Shown here: positions 1 to 11,748 of the stretch, piece after piece
How the letters are laid out: each line of letters begins with the position of its first letter
Numbering within the stretch: the stretch's first letter is position 1
Origin: Octopus bimaculoides
Taxonomy: Eukaryota
Direction of reading: 5' to 3'
NCBI RefSeq assembly: GCF_001194135.2
Contig: NC_068982.1
Span: forward strand, 102,292,231-102,330,352
Length of the DNA: 38,122 bases
Notes under the pieces: generated by a model
Database searches by the model: none
Seen by the model: the letters and a program-made list of their open reading frames with translations, nothing else
Told to the model about the DNA's origin: nothing
Made by a program: the position numbers and the translations under genes

Positions 1-35
<35 letters not shown>

Positions 36-1049
36 TGTATATATAACATTATATAGTATTGGAAAAGTACATATTAAAATTGATGTGCTCATATATGTTT
101 CAAGATCCAGGTTGACGTATGAAAATTACGCGCAGACTCACGTGTATGTATTTTTGAACGCCTTTATATACTAGTGCATGCGGAGTAAATACTGTTATAT
201 GTATACATGTCTATGCAGCGCTGTAGGTATATATATATATATATATATATAAAGAAGTATTAAATCATTAGTGAGAATGTAAAGCGACCTTAGACCCCGG
301 AGTGATAAGGAAATCCTAATAGCTTTGCACTAGAATGGCAAAAGAATTCAGAGCTTCCCTATAGAAATGTGTTGACAAGTTCTTTTCATGATACGGACAT
401 CCCGTTGTACGTGGTCTGTTAAAAGAAAACCAGAGAGATAACAGCAACAAACACAACATCACAAACAGCAACAAAAAAAAAGGAAAAGAAAAAATAGGTC
501 GGAAGTAGTAAAGTACTTGTTAATAGCGGTTGTCAGTTGTGCAGAAAAGATGTACTTCTGAGCTTTCTGCGAAGAAAATTACCATCTAAAATATATGGGC
601 ATATACTAAAACAAAACAACAGCAACAACAATATTATATAAACAACAACTGTAGTAGTCGAAGCCATATCAACAACATGAGTAGCAGAAACAACATAAAA
701 TAAGTATAACAATAGGAAAATATGAAAAGAATTAAATAAAATCTGACATTTACCAGCTGCAAATGACTTTCTTAAATATGACATTATTTTTAATAAAAAA
801 TTGATAAACATTTTTTTCCCTCATTCTGTATTCAAAAAGTAAAAGGAAAGTACAGAAAAAATTAAAGGGAACATTATGGGTGTTTATGCACTTTTGTTTA
901 GTTAGAAAGCTGTTCAGTTAAGCTCAGACACCTTTAAAATCAGCTTAAGTTCTTATACTCTCAGTATAGACATCAATGTTTGTCTGTGTCCTCTTTTATT
1001 AAACGGGTATCGTGTATATTTACAACAATTTCAACTTGATACAACAACA

Positions 1050-1250
1050 ATAATAATAATAAATAATAATGATAATAGTTTCAAATGTTGGCAAAAGACC
1101 AGCAATTTCGGTGCTCAACTGGTATTTAGTCATCGACACCGAAAGTCTGAAAGGCCAAGTCGACCCCTGTGGATTTTGAACCCAGAACGTAAAGACAAAT
1201 GAGATGAAGCTAACTATTTTGTTGGGCGTGCTAACGATCCTGCTACAGGG
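1050..1250 (-). mobile_element. tRNA-derived SINE (Octopus-type family A), degenerate, with (TTA)n tail
   Basis: Matches the other in-window copies (ggcaaaagaccagcaattt...ctcaactggta...gaaaggccaagtcgac...gaacccagaacgtaaagac...gcgtgctaacgat). The tail reads (TAA)n on the + strand at about 1050-1078. Confidence 0.8.
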
Positions 1251-2935
1251 GCCCAAAACATGGAGGACAATATCGAAGAACGAGTTACAGCATAAAAAGT
1301 TACAAAAGCATGTAGTGTTAACGTCAATTAAGGAGTTAAGCTACCACATTAAAGAATGTAACAGAGGATTTATTAAAGAAAGTAGAGAAATAAATAATAA
1401 ATAAATAAATAAATAAATAAACAAATAAATAGAATCGTCAATATCGAGGCAATCCACTTAGAGTAATCAAGGGTAAACCCCACACAAAAATCCCGGATTA
1501 CTCTGCTATCTGCAAGGCATGAGAAAGTGCCCTCTTCCAGTTTCTTTGCCATTGCGTAGAAAACCATATTCAGAGCAGATCCATTCAGTTTCTCCAGTTT
1601 TGCCACTGTGAACCACCGTTTGATAAACACAATAGAAAGCAGCACCTCCCTCTCTACCTTCACCTTCCTCTTCAAATGATATTTGAAGAAATTGATAGGA
1701 AGGTGCCTCTCTTCAAAACTTTCAGATGGGTCCACCACACACTCTCTTTTGCCACAACCACTAAGTAGAGAAAGATCTATCTTCCTTCTCTGTTAAGGGA
1801 AGGTGGTGCGTCGAACTTCACTATACACTCAGCAAACAGGTGAATTTGTCTTACACCCGACAACATCTGCTCCACACAATCACACAACTTTCTAATGCAC
1901 AGACACTGAATTATTGCATGCAGGACGGTTTCGTCGCCCTGCAAACATCTCGGGCAGGTTCCACTGTTGGCACTTCCATGCCTGAAGAACTTGTCTCGAA
2001 CAGGCAATGCTCCTCTGTAGCACTGACAAGCCAAAGACCTTTGGAAATAATCCATGATCTTCGACCCGAAGGTCCTCTGGAAGAGACTACTCAGGCTGTT
2101 CTTGTTGATACCAAGATTCAATCTTAGGCCATCATCCTAGATCATCAACTAGCCCCCTCTGGAAATTTTAGGTTGTTTTCCCGCTAACGGTTTTGGGGAC
2201 AGCTGGTACAATGCAGTGAGCGTCTGACAACATTATAAATGCCAAACACCCAACATTGATCTACGTTTGACCCATGACTGTAGCTCTATCAATGAGATGA
2301 GCTGCGAAAAGATGTGTCGCACGAAAGACGCCCACACCAGTCCACTCATATTTTCGTCGTCGTCGTTCACATCATCGCAGTGATTTAGATATTTCTGTTG
2401 GTGCAACAGCCTCAAAGCATGGCGCTGCATCATTAATGATGGCATCCGAAGACCACCACGGTATGGATGTTGACAGCAGATGGATTTTCTAACCAGCAGA
2501 ATCTGACCATTCCATAAGAATCGGAAAAGTAAGCGCTCCAATATGAGTTTTCTGAGGACAAGGTTCGACGGCTAGGTGGTAGTACACTACCGAGGTTATA
2601 TATGCATTCGCTACTTCCACCCTTCCTTTCAGCCCACCTCTGGGTGAGCTTGGCCACCCTAGTCATAACTGCTTCCCAGTTCCTATCTCCTTGGAGATCT
2701 GGTCCGAACTGGACTCCGGGCACTTTCACCGGTCCCTCCACCCAGCATCAGAAATCGCTGCTAGTCGACTGGTCTCTCCAAGAGCCTGGTTGCAGACCTA
2801 CTTACTTCTGATTGCTCCTGTGCCCCTCCAAAGCCCTATCTATGACAAAATTGACCAGTGTCTCTCCAAAGTCAGATCTATTTCCGACCCGTTCTACGAT
2901 GTATCTCATAAAGTGGAGATTAAGGTGAATAGTAC
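1250..2935 (-). mobile_element. Tx1/L1-clade non-LTR retrotransposon, 3' fragment of ORF2 plus 3' UTR, with the RT core deleted
   Basis: Minus-strand peptides in LINE order: TIHLNLHFMRYIVERV (early RT), GPVKVPGVQFGPDLQ..NW (RT thumb), ERLLFRFLWNG...CQHPYRGGLRMP, CPRCLQGDETVLHAIIQC (C-terminal Cys/His finger), FFKYHLKRKVKVEREVL...KRW. Several frameshifts and stops. Confidence 0.85.
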
Positions 2936-3399
2936 AAGACAAACGTCGAAACATTTAATAATACTACACAGTAGTAGAAGCAAAGGTGGCAGATTTAAAT
3001 AAATAACGGTTATACTGTCGCCATGGTTACAAAGGTTAGCCACAGCGATACAGCTCAAGGCACTATTGGTGGAGACTAAGCAACGTTGTAATAGCAAAGT
3101 TAAAGTAACTGTAACGGTATTAATTGAGGAGTCGACAATAGTGGCAGAGACAACAACCGTCTCTACATCTGCCACAATACAGGGCTGAACACTAATAATT
3201 TTAATATAGTACAAATATGTCTTACGAAATAAGAAAGAAAACTACATCAGTACACCAATTCGTTTTCCTATGGTTAATCTGGAAGCACGTACCCCAGGAG
3301 AAAGCCAGCCTGGGTTCGAAAAGTCATCCACTGGCATACAATCTTCTCTGAATACGAAGCTGGTTAGTCACTTGAATGGAAACTGCCCCAATTTGAGCC

Positions 3400-5340
3400 C
3401 TCCAAGTCCACCACCACACCTACCACAGAAAGACAGAATGAAAATTGTAAGAGGATCAAATGGACCCGAGAAGAGTATAGAGAAGTAATATACGCCTATT
3501 ACTATGCATTAAGCGGGCCATCTGAAGAGAAACATACCGCACACTCTTATCAAATATGGAGAACACGAAATCAAAACAGCAACGAAAACAAGTTAGCAAA
3601 TATTAGGAGGGATATCTTCAGAAATAACAGACTCACAGATAGTGAAGTAACCGAGATCAAGCACGCAGCGGAATATATGACGGAAATATAAGATAGAAAG
3701 GAAATGAAGAACGAGACGAACAGAGCAACTTTCCACGAGTCTCATTTGAAAAACTGACCAGAACAAGCAAACGTTTGGAAAAATAAATTGTAATGAACTT
3801 GATAAAGATAGCGATAAAAGTGGTAAAGAGACAATATTTGAAGATTACACATTCACTGAATAACATAGAGAGTCTATGATAGAACTGAGGCAGAAAATCC
3901 CGAATAAGCTTGTAGTTGTGAGACACGCCAATATGCATTATAGAGAACCAGAAGGGTGTGAAAAATTATACAAGTTGACTCCCTAATAGCTTTTAGCAGA
4001 ATTCCCCTACCATGGATCTTGAAAATTAGTCACGAGTAACGTAGCACCATTATAAGTAAATACATGCTGTGAGAAAATGACAAGCAATTCTGTAAATACA
4101 AAGAAAACAGAAAATTACCCAATTTCAATTAGAAGAGTAATTCTCTAATAACATTTCCTTTGTCTACTTTTCTGTCTCATGCTTGTTCCTTTAACGAACA
4201 TGATAAATGAAATTGAAATATGATACAATTTCTATGGGATGACAATTAACTAACTTTTGTCTATAGATGGCTTCAAATTGTATAATGCAAATGAGCAACA
4301 ACTAGAAACACAGTTGTAAACAGCACGAATTTTTCTAGAGGAACTGATAGTAAATACTGATTAGGGAAATGCACCAACACAAACTTGAAAAAATCGTGGG
4401 AGAGTACAACCTATTGAAGACAAATAAAGAAGTATTATAGATTAATTTTTAAAACATAGACAATAACTTCAATAACTATCATTTCCAGTAATATGTTGTA
4501 GTTGTACTATTTTGAAGTAAACGTTAAATGAAATAGTGTGACTTGACTCAATGGCATGAAAAATAATGACTGCATTCAGAAGTTAACATCAAAATCCGGA
4601 ATGGATCGATATTTAACACGAATATAAGAGGCTTTATGCAAGTAGAAAACTATTATAAAATATTTACCGTAGAACTACCTAACTATCTATTAAATAATAA
4701 GACTATTAGAAGACGAACAAAACAGAAGAAAAATTTTCTGTGTGATAACGCCAAAAATACAAACAAAAAGCTGAAATGACAGATAGTTTTGAGAAGAAAA
4801 GGAAGAGGAGAGAAAATAATTGCAAAGAAAAAGATAAACACGAAGCTAAAGAAAGGGAATCTAGTTATGTTACTATAAGTCCAATACCGGTAAAAAGTTA
4901 TCAGAGTGCCAACAGGCAAAGGAAAATCGTAGGACTGGAAACGCAGGAAGAAATCTGAGACGGGAGAGGCGTTGATTGAGTTATCGCAAAATATGATAAC
5001 TATGCGAAGAAACAATTAACTTTATTGTCTTTGGCAGTTCAGTCTCAACAAAAAGGGATATGGGTGATATGGCATCTACGAGCACGTAAATTATTCGAGA
5101 ATTATGAATTGTGAAAAAGAAAGACGTGTTATGAGCACACACTAGAAAGTTTTCAGAAAATGTAATGCAGCCTTTGAGATTTTCCAGTTCACACATTCGA
5201 GGATATGATGTGCAATTGGAGACAAATTGTTGCCAGCGACAACGAGGGAAGATGATGTATTTTAATCGAAGCATAAATCTTAGCAGATGATAAAGAACCT
5301 TTAAAATTAATGAAACAAATATCCTTATATAATGAGTTGT
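3400..5340 (+). mobile_element. Decayed R4/Dong-type RLE non-LTR retrotransposon, with N-terminal, RT and RLE remnants
   Basis: N-terminal RIKWTREEYREVIYAYY...NENKLANIRRDIFRNNRLTDSE at about 3452-3660. AFSRIPLPWILK resembles AFDSVPHSWIL. LLFCLMLVPL follows the QGD region. YNFYGMTINxLLSIDGFKLYNANEQQLE corresponds to HLLYMDDLKLY (about 4225-4310). TLNEIVxLD..KIMTAFR and NIRGFMQVE are thumb-like. Many stops and deletions. Confidence 0.7.
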
Positions 5341-5962
5341 ATTTAAAAAAAAACATTGAAATTATTATAAGTGAGAATGTAAACGAGACACATGTAAAAA
5401 ATATATAAATTAAAACACAACAAAGTCTAGCCCTTCATATTTTTAAGTTACTAACCTATGAATGACAAAACCGAACTATAAAAAGGAAAATATGGATTAT
5501 AATGAATATGAGAAAATTTTAATAATTCAATGTTTTAAAGATGGCGAGTTTGAATATGATACAATCCTAAATATGGTAATAATTGGAGAATTAAGAGAAA
5601 TATAGATCTTATACGGCTACAAAAGATACTCACAAGGACAAAACAAGGATAAAATAGCATGAATAATATAAAGGTAGTCATTGTTCATGGGCGTAGACGC
5701 AAATATTATAACCTAGAACACTCAAATAATCTTTTATGCAACTACAATAGTAACAAGGTAAAACTTTAAGAAAAATGAACCTAAGCTCACGTGATCTACC
5801 GTTTCAGAAAGGAAGATAATGTATTCTAACAAATAAGATGGCAACAGATTATGCTTATTTCAGTTTAATTAACAACATTGATAAAATCGTGGAAAATGCA
5901 AATGAAAAGAAAGATCACTCACTCTTGGAACAAAAAACATAATAATACAAATGAGGAAGAGA

Positions 5963-6061
5963 AAGAACGAAAGATTAAAGAATACAATATGACAGAAGAA
6001 CGAAAGATTAAGGAATACAATATGACAAAAGAACGAAAGATTAAGGAATACAATATGACAA
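5963..6061 (+). repeat. 33-bp tandem repeat, 3 copies
   Basis: Unit aagaacgaaagattaa(a/g)gaatacaatatgaca(g/a) starts at 5963, 5996 and 6029. It translates in frame as (E/K)ERKIKEYNMT. Confidence 0.95.
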
Positions 6062-7244
6062 CAAATCTGCCTGCATTTAATTATTGTTCATATGAGTGAT
6101 TCTCGCAAACTCGCAAGAAATCCGTCCTTAGCAAGTTCTTGTGAGTAGCGGCTTTGATCCTTTGAATAACTCAAACGGTTTGACATAAAATTTTTACCAG
6201 GTAAAAACAATACTGAAATGAATGCAAAGCCAGCAGCAAGCGAAGGAAAACCCGGTAGTTAAATATGAAATAAAGTTTTCCTCACGCACGGATGAAACGT
6301 TAAGAATCATTACGCCACTTGAACGGTCGCAGTAAAAAGAAACAAAACACACACATATTTCTTTAATTGCTACGAAAAAGAAAAAAAGAAAGGAAAGCAT
6401 GTAAAAGTGGCAAAGTTACAATTGCTTATTTAAGTATTTTACGCACACAAAGGGTTCTGTGAAAATATTCATTGGATTACTAACTCAGCCAGGATGAAAA
6501 CCTGAAAACCTACAAAAGAAGGAAAGCATCTTAATCCAAAAGACTATTGAAACCTTGCAAGAAGAAACATATTTCATGAGGATACCCCCTCTTTATTTGT
6601 TTTCTAACCGAACAACCCAGCTAAACAAAACAAAACTCGGATATAAGTGCTATGAGGTAAGGTTCTTCAACTAATTCCCACGAAATATGCGTACAAAGTA
6701 TATTTCACGCTTTCCTAACAAAGTAGCAGTACTTCTATACATAGACTAAGTAACCCAAATTCAACTCCTTGGGAAAAGGGCTATATGGTACTGTTATGGA
6801 CTTCCACAATTCTAAGGAGAAGGTTTCGAACTTCAATTTCATTCCCTCAACCAGATAGTTCATAATAATCCTAGCGTAACTGTCTACGTAACGAAAATGA
6901 CTATAATGTAATAATAATCGCCATTGGAATGCTAAATTACTCTAGTATTCGTTGAAATTAAGAGGAATGGAAAGCTACGAAATTTTATCAGCTGAGTTGT
7001 TGAACTGAATAAAATATTTTGGAAGTTATAGACTAAGTTCCTCGTCCCATTTGCAATCTGCACTTTTGCACGAAAAGAGAAATGCTGGGTTCTATAAATC
7101 ATACTATGGCAAATCAACATTTGTTATTCTTGAACATGATAAACATTTCTTACTATATATCTGTTGAAATACAAAGCTTTTATTTCAATTAATTTTAGAA
7201 ATAATGATGAATTTAGTAAAATGATTTTGTCATTCTTAAGTGGA

Positions 7245-7445
7245 TGCTTGAGGGCGGTCAGTAAACAGAATCTTAAGAGCACTGGTAAGAAATGATGTGG
7301 TATTTGTTCTGGCATTTTACAATGACGCTGTGGTCAAAATTGCCTTTTATTCTTCCGAAGTCGGTAAAATAAAATACTAATCAAGGACTGGGGTCGAAGG
7401 CTCGACTAACGACCTCCCTCAAATTTGGTGACTTATGCCTGTATG
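7245..7445 (+). mobile_element. Family A SINE, old degenerate copy
   Basis: Head gagggcggtcagtaaacagaatc, core gccttttattcttccgaagtcggtaaaataaaatac, tail ggggtcga...ccctcaaatttggtgacttatgcct. Confidence 0.6.
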
Positions 7446-7679
7446 AGAAAATTATTAAACGGGTTTTTGGAACATAAATTGATAGTTTAAAGCCATGAAA
7501 TTTACAAAAAAAAAAAAGACCAGTCTTCGGCAGATTGGTATAAGAGAGTTGAACAATTTCCAAATGAAACCGATTCTTCTTTTAAGAAAGGAAGACTATT
7601 TCTCAAGCCATGAATAATAAAGATACTAATGGTTTCCGATTTCCCCCCTGAGAGAAGACGTAACGCATAATGGTTGTTG

Positions 7680-7800
7680 ATTTAGACACAAAACCAGCAA
7701 TTTTTAGAAGTGCTGAGTCGATTCCGTTAACACTCGTACTTGATTGACTCTTTATTTTATTGACGCCGAGATTCAAAGCTGCCCTCACCGTGATTTCAAC
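7680..7800 (-). mobile_element. Family A SINE remnant
   Basis: gacacaaaaccagcaattttt...gtcgattccg...actcgtactt...ttttattgacgcc resembles the reverse-strand SINE tail and core seen elsewhere in the window. Confidence 0.45.
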
Positions 7801-7979
7801 CCACAACATAAAGGACAAGAAAAAATAGTTTAAGTATTTTTACCAACACTCTAACGATTCTGGTCATTCATCGACCTGAACAAATATACTTGTTTTAAAA
7901 AATGTGTATTTCGTCATTAACCCTCCACATCTCGAAGTTGAAATCACGGCAGCAATTTGTTTCATATTAGAACGTTATT

Positions 7980-8255
7980 GGCTTCAAATTTCGGCACAAG
8001 GCCAGCACTTTCGAAGACGAAGCTACGTCGGTTCGATCGAATCCGGTGCTCAACTGGTACTTAGCTTCTTTTCTACTGTAGGCACAAGGCCCGAGATTTT
8101 TGTGGAGGGGGCCAGTCGATTAGATCGACACCGGTACGCAACTGGTACTTAATTTATCAACCCCGAAAGGATGAAAGGCAGAGTCGCCGTCAGCGGAATT
8201 TGAACTCAGAAACTCAGATGGACGAAACGCCGCTTAGCTAACGATTCTGTCAGTA
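7980..8255 (-). mobile_element. Two adjacent family A SINE copies (partial 3' half at about 7980-8065; near-full copy at about 8070-8255)
   Basis: ggcacaaggcc...gatcga..ccggtgctcaactggtactta occurs twice. The second copy continues into aatttatcaaccccgaaaggatgaaaggc...ggaatttgaactcagaa (reverse-complemented B box). Confidence 0.8.
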
Positions 8256-8534
8256 GAATGCCTTACAAATTAGAACGTTATTAAACGTATGACTGAGCAT
8301 ACAGAAATTTTTAATTTTTGTTAGCCGGAAAGAAAGAAAGAAAAAGGTATGGGAGGGAGGAAAGGACAGAGGAAGGGAAGATGGCTGGATGATGCCGATG
8401 GGATTCAATAGCTTTTACAGCCAAAAAGAAACGTCCCTAAAACTTCTGGCGGGAAAATAAGTAAATTCATCTTGCAACCGTCTATCTCTCTATTTCTCTG
8501 TCTACTAACCTATCTTTCCTATTTATAATAAAAT

Positions 8535-8751
8535 ACTCCCTTCTACTAAAGGCACAAGGCCTGAAATTTGTGGGGAGGGGATTGGTCGATTACATCGATC
8601 CCAGTGTTTCACTGGTACTTAATTTATCAACCCCGAAAGGATGAAAGGCAAAGTCAACCTGGGCGGAATTTGAACTCAGAACATAATGACGAACGAAATG
8701 CTGCCAAGCATTTCGTCCGGCGTGCTTACGATTCTGCCAGCTTTCCGCCTT
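8535..8751 (-). mobile_element. Family A tRNA-derived SINE, full length
   Basis: The minus strand reads taaggcggaaagctggcagaatcgtaagcacg (head and A-box region), then gagttcaaattcc (B box), core ctttcatcctttcggggttgataaattaagtaccag and tail aaatttcaggccttgtgcc. Confidence 0.9.
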
Positions 8752-8956
8752 ATTCATAACAAAATAATGAGAAAGAGATCTTGAGATATATTCATTCAAT
8801 AACCATTAAATTGAAAACTGAAATGCGTATTTATGAGAGGGGCTTTCGGATTTAGCATGATAAATGAGAAATAAATTTAATACAATGTAATTGAAAAATT
8901 ATGATGATTTCTTTTTTGTTTTCTGCAAAATGTTTAAGAATCTACAATTGAATTCT

Positions 8957-9174
8957 AATTCTTTTCTATTCTAGGCACAAGGCCCAAAATTTTGGGGGAG
9001 GGGGCTAGTCGATTAGATTGACCCCAGTACGCAAGTGGTACTTAATTTATCGACCCCAAAAAGATGAAAGGCAAAGTCGATCTCGGTGGAATTGGAACCC
9101 AGAATGTAAAGACAGACGAAATACCGCAAAGCATTTCGCCCGGCGTATTAACGTTTCTGCCAGCTCGCCGCCTT
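8957..9174 (-). mobile_element. Family A tRNA-derived SINE, full length
   Basis: Same architecture as the 8535-8751 copy. The head aaggcggcgagctggcagaaacg ends at 9174 on the + coordinate. Confidence 0.9.
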
Positions 9175-9193
9175 CAGTTCTCATTATCATCGT

Positions 9194-9400
9194 TAAGGCA
9201 ACGAGCTGGCAGAATCGTCAGCATATTGGGCAAAATGCTTTGCGGTATTTAGTCAGTCTTTGGCTTCTTGGTTCAAATTCCGTCTTTTATCCTTTCAGGG
9301 GTCAATAAAATAAAAACCAGTCAAATATTGGGGTCGATGTAATACACCACTCAAACACTGCAGGCTCTGTGCCAAAATTCAAAACCATTAATATTATCAT
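9194..9400 (+). mobile_element. Family A tRNA-derived SINE, head-to-head with the previous copy
   Basis: taaggcaacgagctggcagaatcgtcagca...ggttcaaattccg (B box)...atcctttcaggggtcaataaaataaaaaccag...gctctgtgccaaaattcaaaacc, followed by an ATT-like tail. Confidence 0.85.
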
Positions 9401-10371
9401 AGCAGCACCGTGGTTGACCTTGCCTTGAACGGAGGAATAATACCAGATTAATGACCCCAGGGAGGACAATACACCTTATGAAAGATAAAAGCAAGGGTAA
9501 TACAGCTAACAATTATAGACCAATCACTTGCTTACCATTAGTGTGGAAGCTGTTATCATGAATGCTTTCAGAATGCATTTACGAGTACCTTGACAACCAG
9601 AATTTACTACCAGAAGAATAGAAAGGTTGCAGGAAGAAGGCTAGAAGAACGTATGTTCCATCATACATAGACAAAGCAATTCTAAATGAAGTAAAAACCA
9701 GGAAGAAAAAAATAACAACAGCATGAATAGATTGTAAGAGAGCCTATGACATGATCTCACACTCATGGATCAATGAATGTTTGAGTATGTTCAATATACC
9801 AGACAACACTAAGGAATTAGTTAGCTTTAGCATGAAGAAATAGAAAGTAGATCTCTACTCAGGTGACACAGTCTTAGGGTAAGTTAATATCAAGAGAGGA
9901 ATTTTCCAAGGGGACTCGTTATCCCCTTTAATATTTGTCTTATGTTTGATCCCCCTCAGTTTAGTATTAAGGAAGGCAAAGGCAGGGTATCAGTTCAGAA
10001 ATGATCATTTGCTCTACATGGATGATCTGAAAGTTTTAGTAAGAATGAAAAGATGTAGATGTAAGACTTTTCAACAAAGATATGGGCATGGAATTTGGCA
10101 TAAATAAGTGTGCAATATTAGTCATGAGAAGAGGACAGGTAGTCAACAGTGAAGGCATCCAATTGCCAGATGGCTAGACATTAAAATCAATGGAAGGAGG
10201 ATAGAGTTATAAGTATCTAGGAGTATTAGAATCTGACAGAGTACCAACTATAGAAAGGAAAACGAAAATTGAGGAGTACATCCTAAGGGTAAGGAAGTTG
10301 ATGAAGTCAAAGCTAAATGGTCCGAATCTAGTGAAGGTTGTAAATACTTGGGCAGTATCATTACTTAGATA
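9401..10371 (+). mobile_element. R4/Dong-type RLE LINE, reverse transcriptase fragment
   Basis: [25 protein letters not shown]; AYDMISHSWINECL; RGIFQGDSLSPLIFVLCLIPL; HLLYMDDLK (YMDD at 10015-10026); YKYLGVLE; LVKVVNTWAVSLLR. Scattered stops and frameshifts. Confidence 0.9.
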
Positions 10372-10681
10372 AAACCCTTATCACAGGATAGCTAATAAAC
10401 ATGGTCTGATTTAAATCAACAATTGCTGATCATAACTTTTAATCATTAGGGTAATTTCACCCCTCCCCCTCCCCCAAATTGCATAAAATTGCTTTAAAGC
10501 GCGGGTTTATGCTACATCCTCCCTCCCCCCGTGGTATGTCTTTAACTAGATGACACGTGGACGCATTCAGGTAGGTCGTTATATCAGGATTAGTATGAGC
10601 TCATTTTTACCTTTATGCCTACGTATGGTGAATTGCAATTAATAATAGTATGATGCAAAAGTAATGCTCATAAGTTCTTGA

Positions 10682-10922
10682 TAGCTGCAGAGTTTTCATT
10701 CGAGAATTATGCTATTCGATCTTTCTATTCGAACTTTACCCATGAGAGACCTTAAAAGAACCAGTCCGTTTGCGTTGGGGAGATGCAAATTGAACAATTT
10801 TTTAACAAAAAAAGTGTCTTCATAAAACGGTTATAAAGAGCAAAGAGCTGACTATTCGAGTTTATCTAACTCGAGTTTGTTGTCCCAAGCTCGGGGTTCG
10901 AGTAACACTGGGCTCTACTGTA
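10682..10922. mobile_element. Tigger/pogo-like MITE (non-autonomous DNA transposon), degenerate
   Basis: The right end gggttcgagtaacactgggctctactg|TA reverse-complements to TA|CAGTAGAG, a pogo/Tigger-style terminus. Repeated ttcga(g/a) submotifs occur at both ends. The left TIR is only weakly recognisable. Confidence 0.4.
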
Positions 10923-11225
10923 TGAGTTAGATAAGATAGACATGTATTCCCTTATGGCTGATGTAGTTTAACTCTTTTTTTTTTCAAGGCTTGAGCACCA
11001 ATTTCGAGAAACTGGCTTCGAATCGATTTGTGGTCATCGAATATTCTTTCGAGGATGAAGACTCCTACTTTCTACCGTTTGCATCACTTCAGCGCATGCC
11101 TGTTGACCGTTTTCTGCGTTTTAGCTTGTCTTACAAAGTCCCCTTGAAAAATTCAAATTTCATTGTAAAGAATTCAAATTTGATGGCAAAGAATCCAAAC
11201 TAGATCGAAAACATCTATATATAGG

Positions 11226-11546
11226 TATGACATGTTAGCTTGGGAGGTAAAGCAGTTGTGGTCAATGAAAAAGGTGGTAGCGGTACCAATAATTGTCGAA
11301 TCCCTGGAAACAGTGAGTAAAAATCTCAAGAAGTACATGGAACAAATAGGGGCTGCAATAAAGGTGGAGCACTTGCAGAAAACAGTACTACTTGGAACCG
11401 CTCGAATACTCCGTGAGGTGCTCGAAAAATAAGAGGTGTTACCTTAGTTCACTGGTAGTGAACAGCTGACACCGTAGTACATCACCGTTAGAAGCTGTGC
11501 AAAGGCAATAATGATAATAATAATTATAATAATAATAATAATAATA
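11226..11546 (+). mobile_element. R4/Dong-type LINE 3' end (family 1): RLE C-terminus, 3' UTR and (TAA)n tail
   Basis: RYDMLAWEVKQLWSMKKVVAVPIIV...EHLQKTVLLGTARILREVLEK* (stop 11430-11432). The UTR is similar to 21518-21600. (TAA)n at about 11507-11546. Confidence 0.88.
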
Positions 11547-11748
11547 AACAAAAACACCAGGACTTACAAATATATATAACATACAGAAAATTGCACTACT
11601 GGGTACTGCACACATTCTACGCAAAACACTTTCAATACAGTAAACATAAGAGCACCACAGCACATACCCAAGGCGCACAGAGCTGCGCTCGGTAGTGAAG
11701 TGAAAGCACGTTATAAAAATAAAACTACTGAACAATAATAATAATAAT
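11547..11748 (+). mobile_element. R4/Dong-type LINE extreme 3' fragment (family 2) with (TAA)n tail
   Basis: KTPGLTNIYNIQKIALLGTAHILRKTLSIQ*. The UTR gctgcgctcggtagtgaagtgaaagcacgttataaaaataaaactactgaa is shared with the 22240-22700 copy. TAA tract at 11734-11748. Confidence 0.85.

Noticed and set aside
4490-4570. Apparent PHD-finger-like CCSC...CDLTQWH
   Set aside because: Another frame gives TLNEIVxLD..KIMTAFR, which fits the RT thumb of the surrounding R4/Dong element better.
5560-5730. APE-endonuclease-like NIDLIRLQK and GVDAN words
   Set aside because: The motifs are short, too close together and surrounded by stops, so there is not enough evidence to call an element.
5963-6061. CRISPR-like array
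   Set aside because: The units are contiguous with no spacers, and the context is eukaryotic.
3400-11546. Idea that 3400-5340, 9401-10371 and 11226-11546 are one LINE split by nested insertions
   Set aside because: The 3400-5340 copy has its own RT (YMDD-equivalent at about 4263) and RLE remnants, so it overlaps the 9401 fragment in element coordinates.
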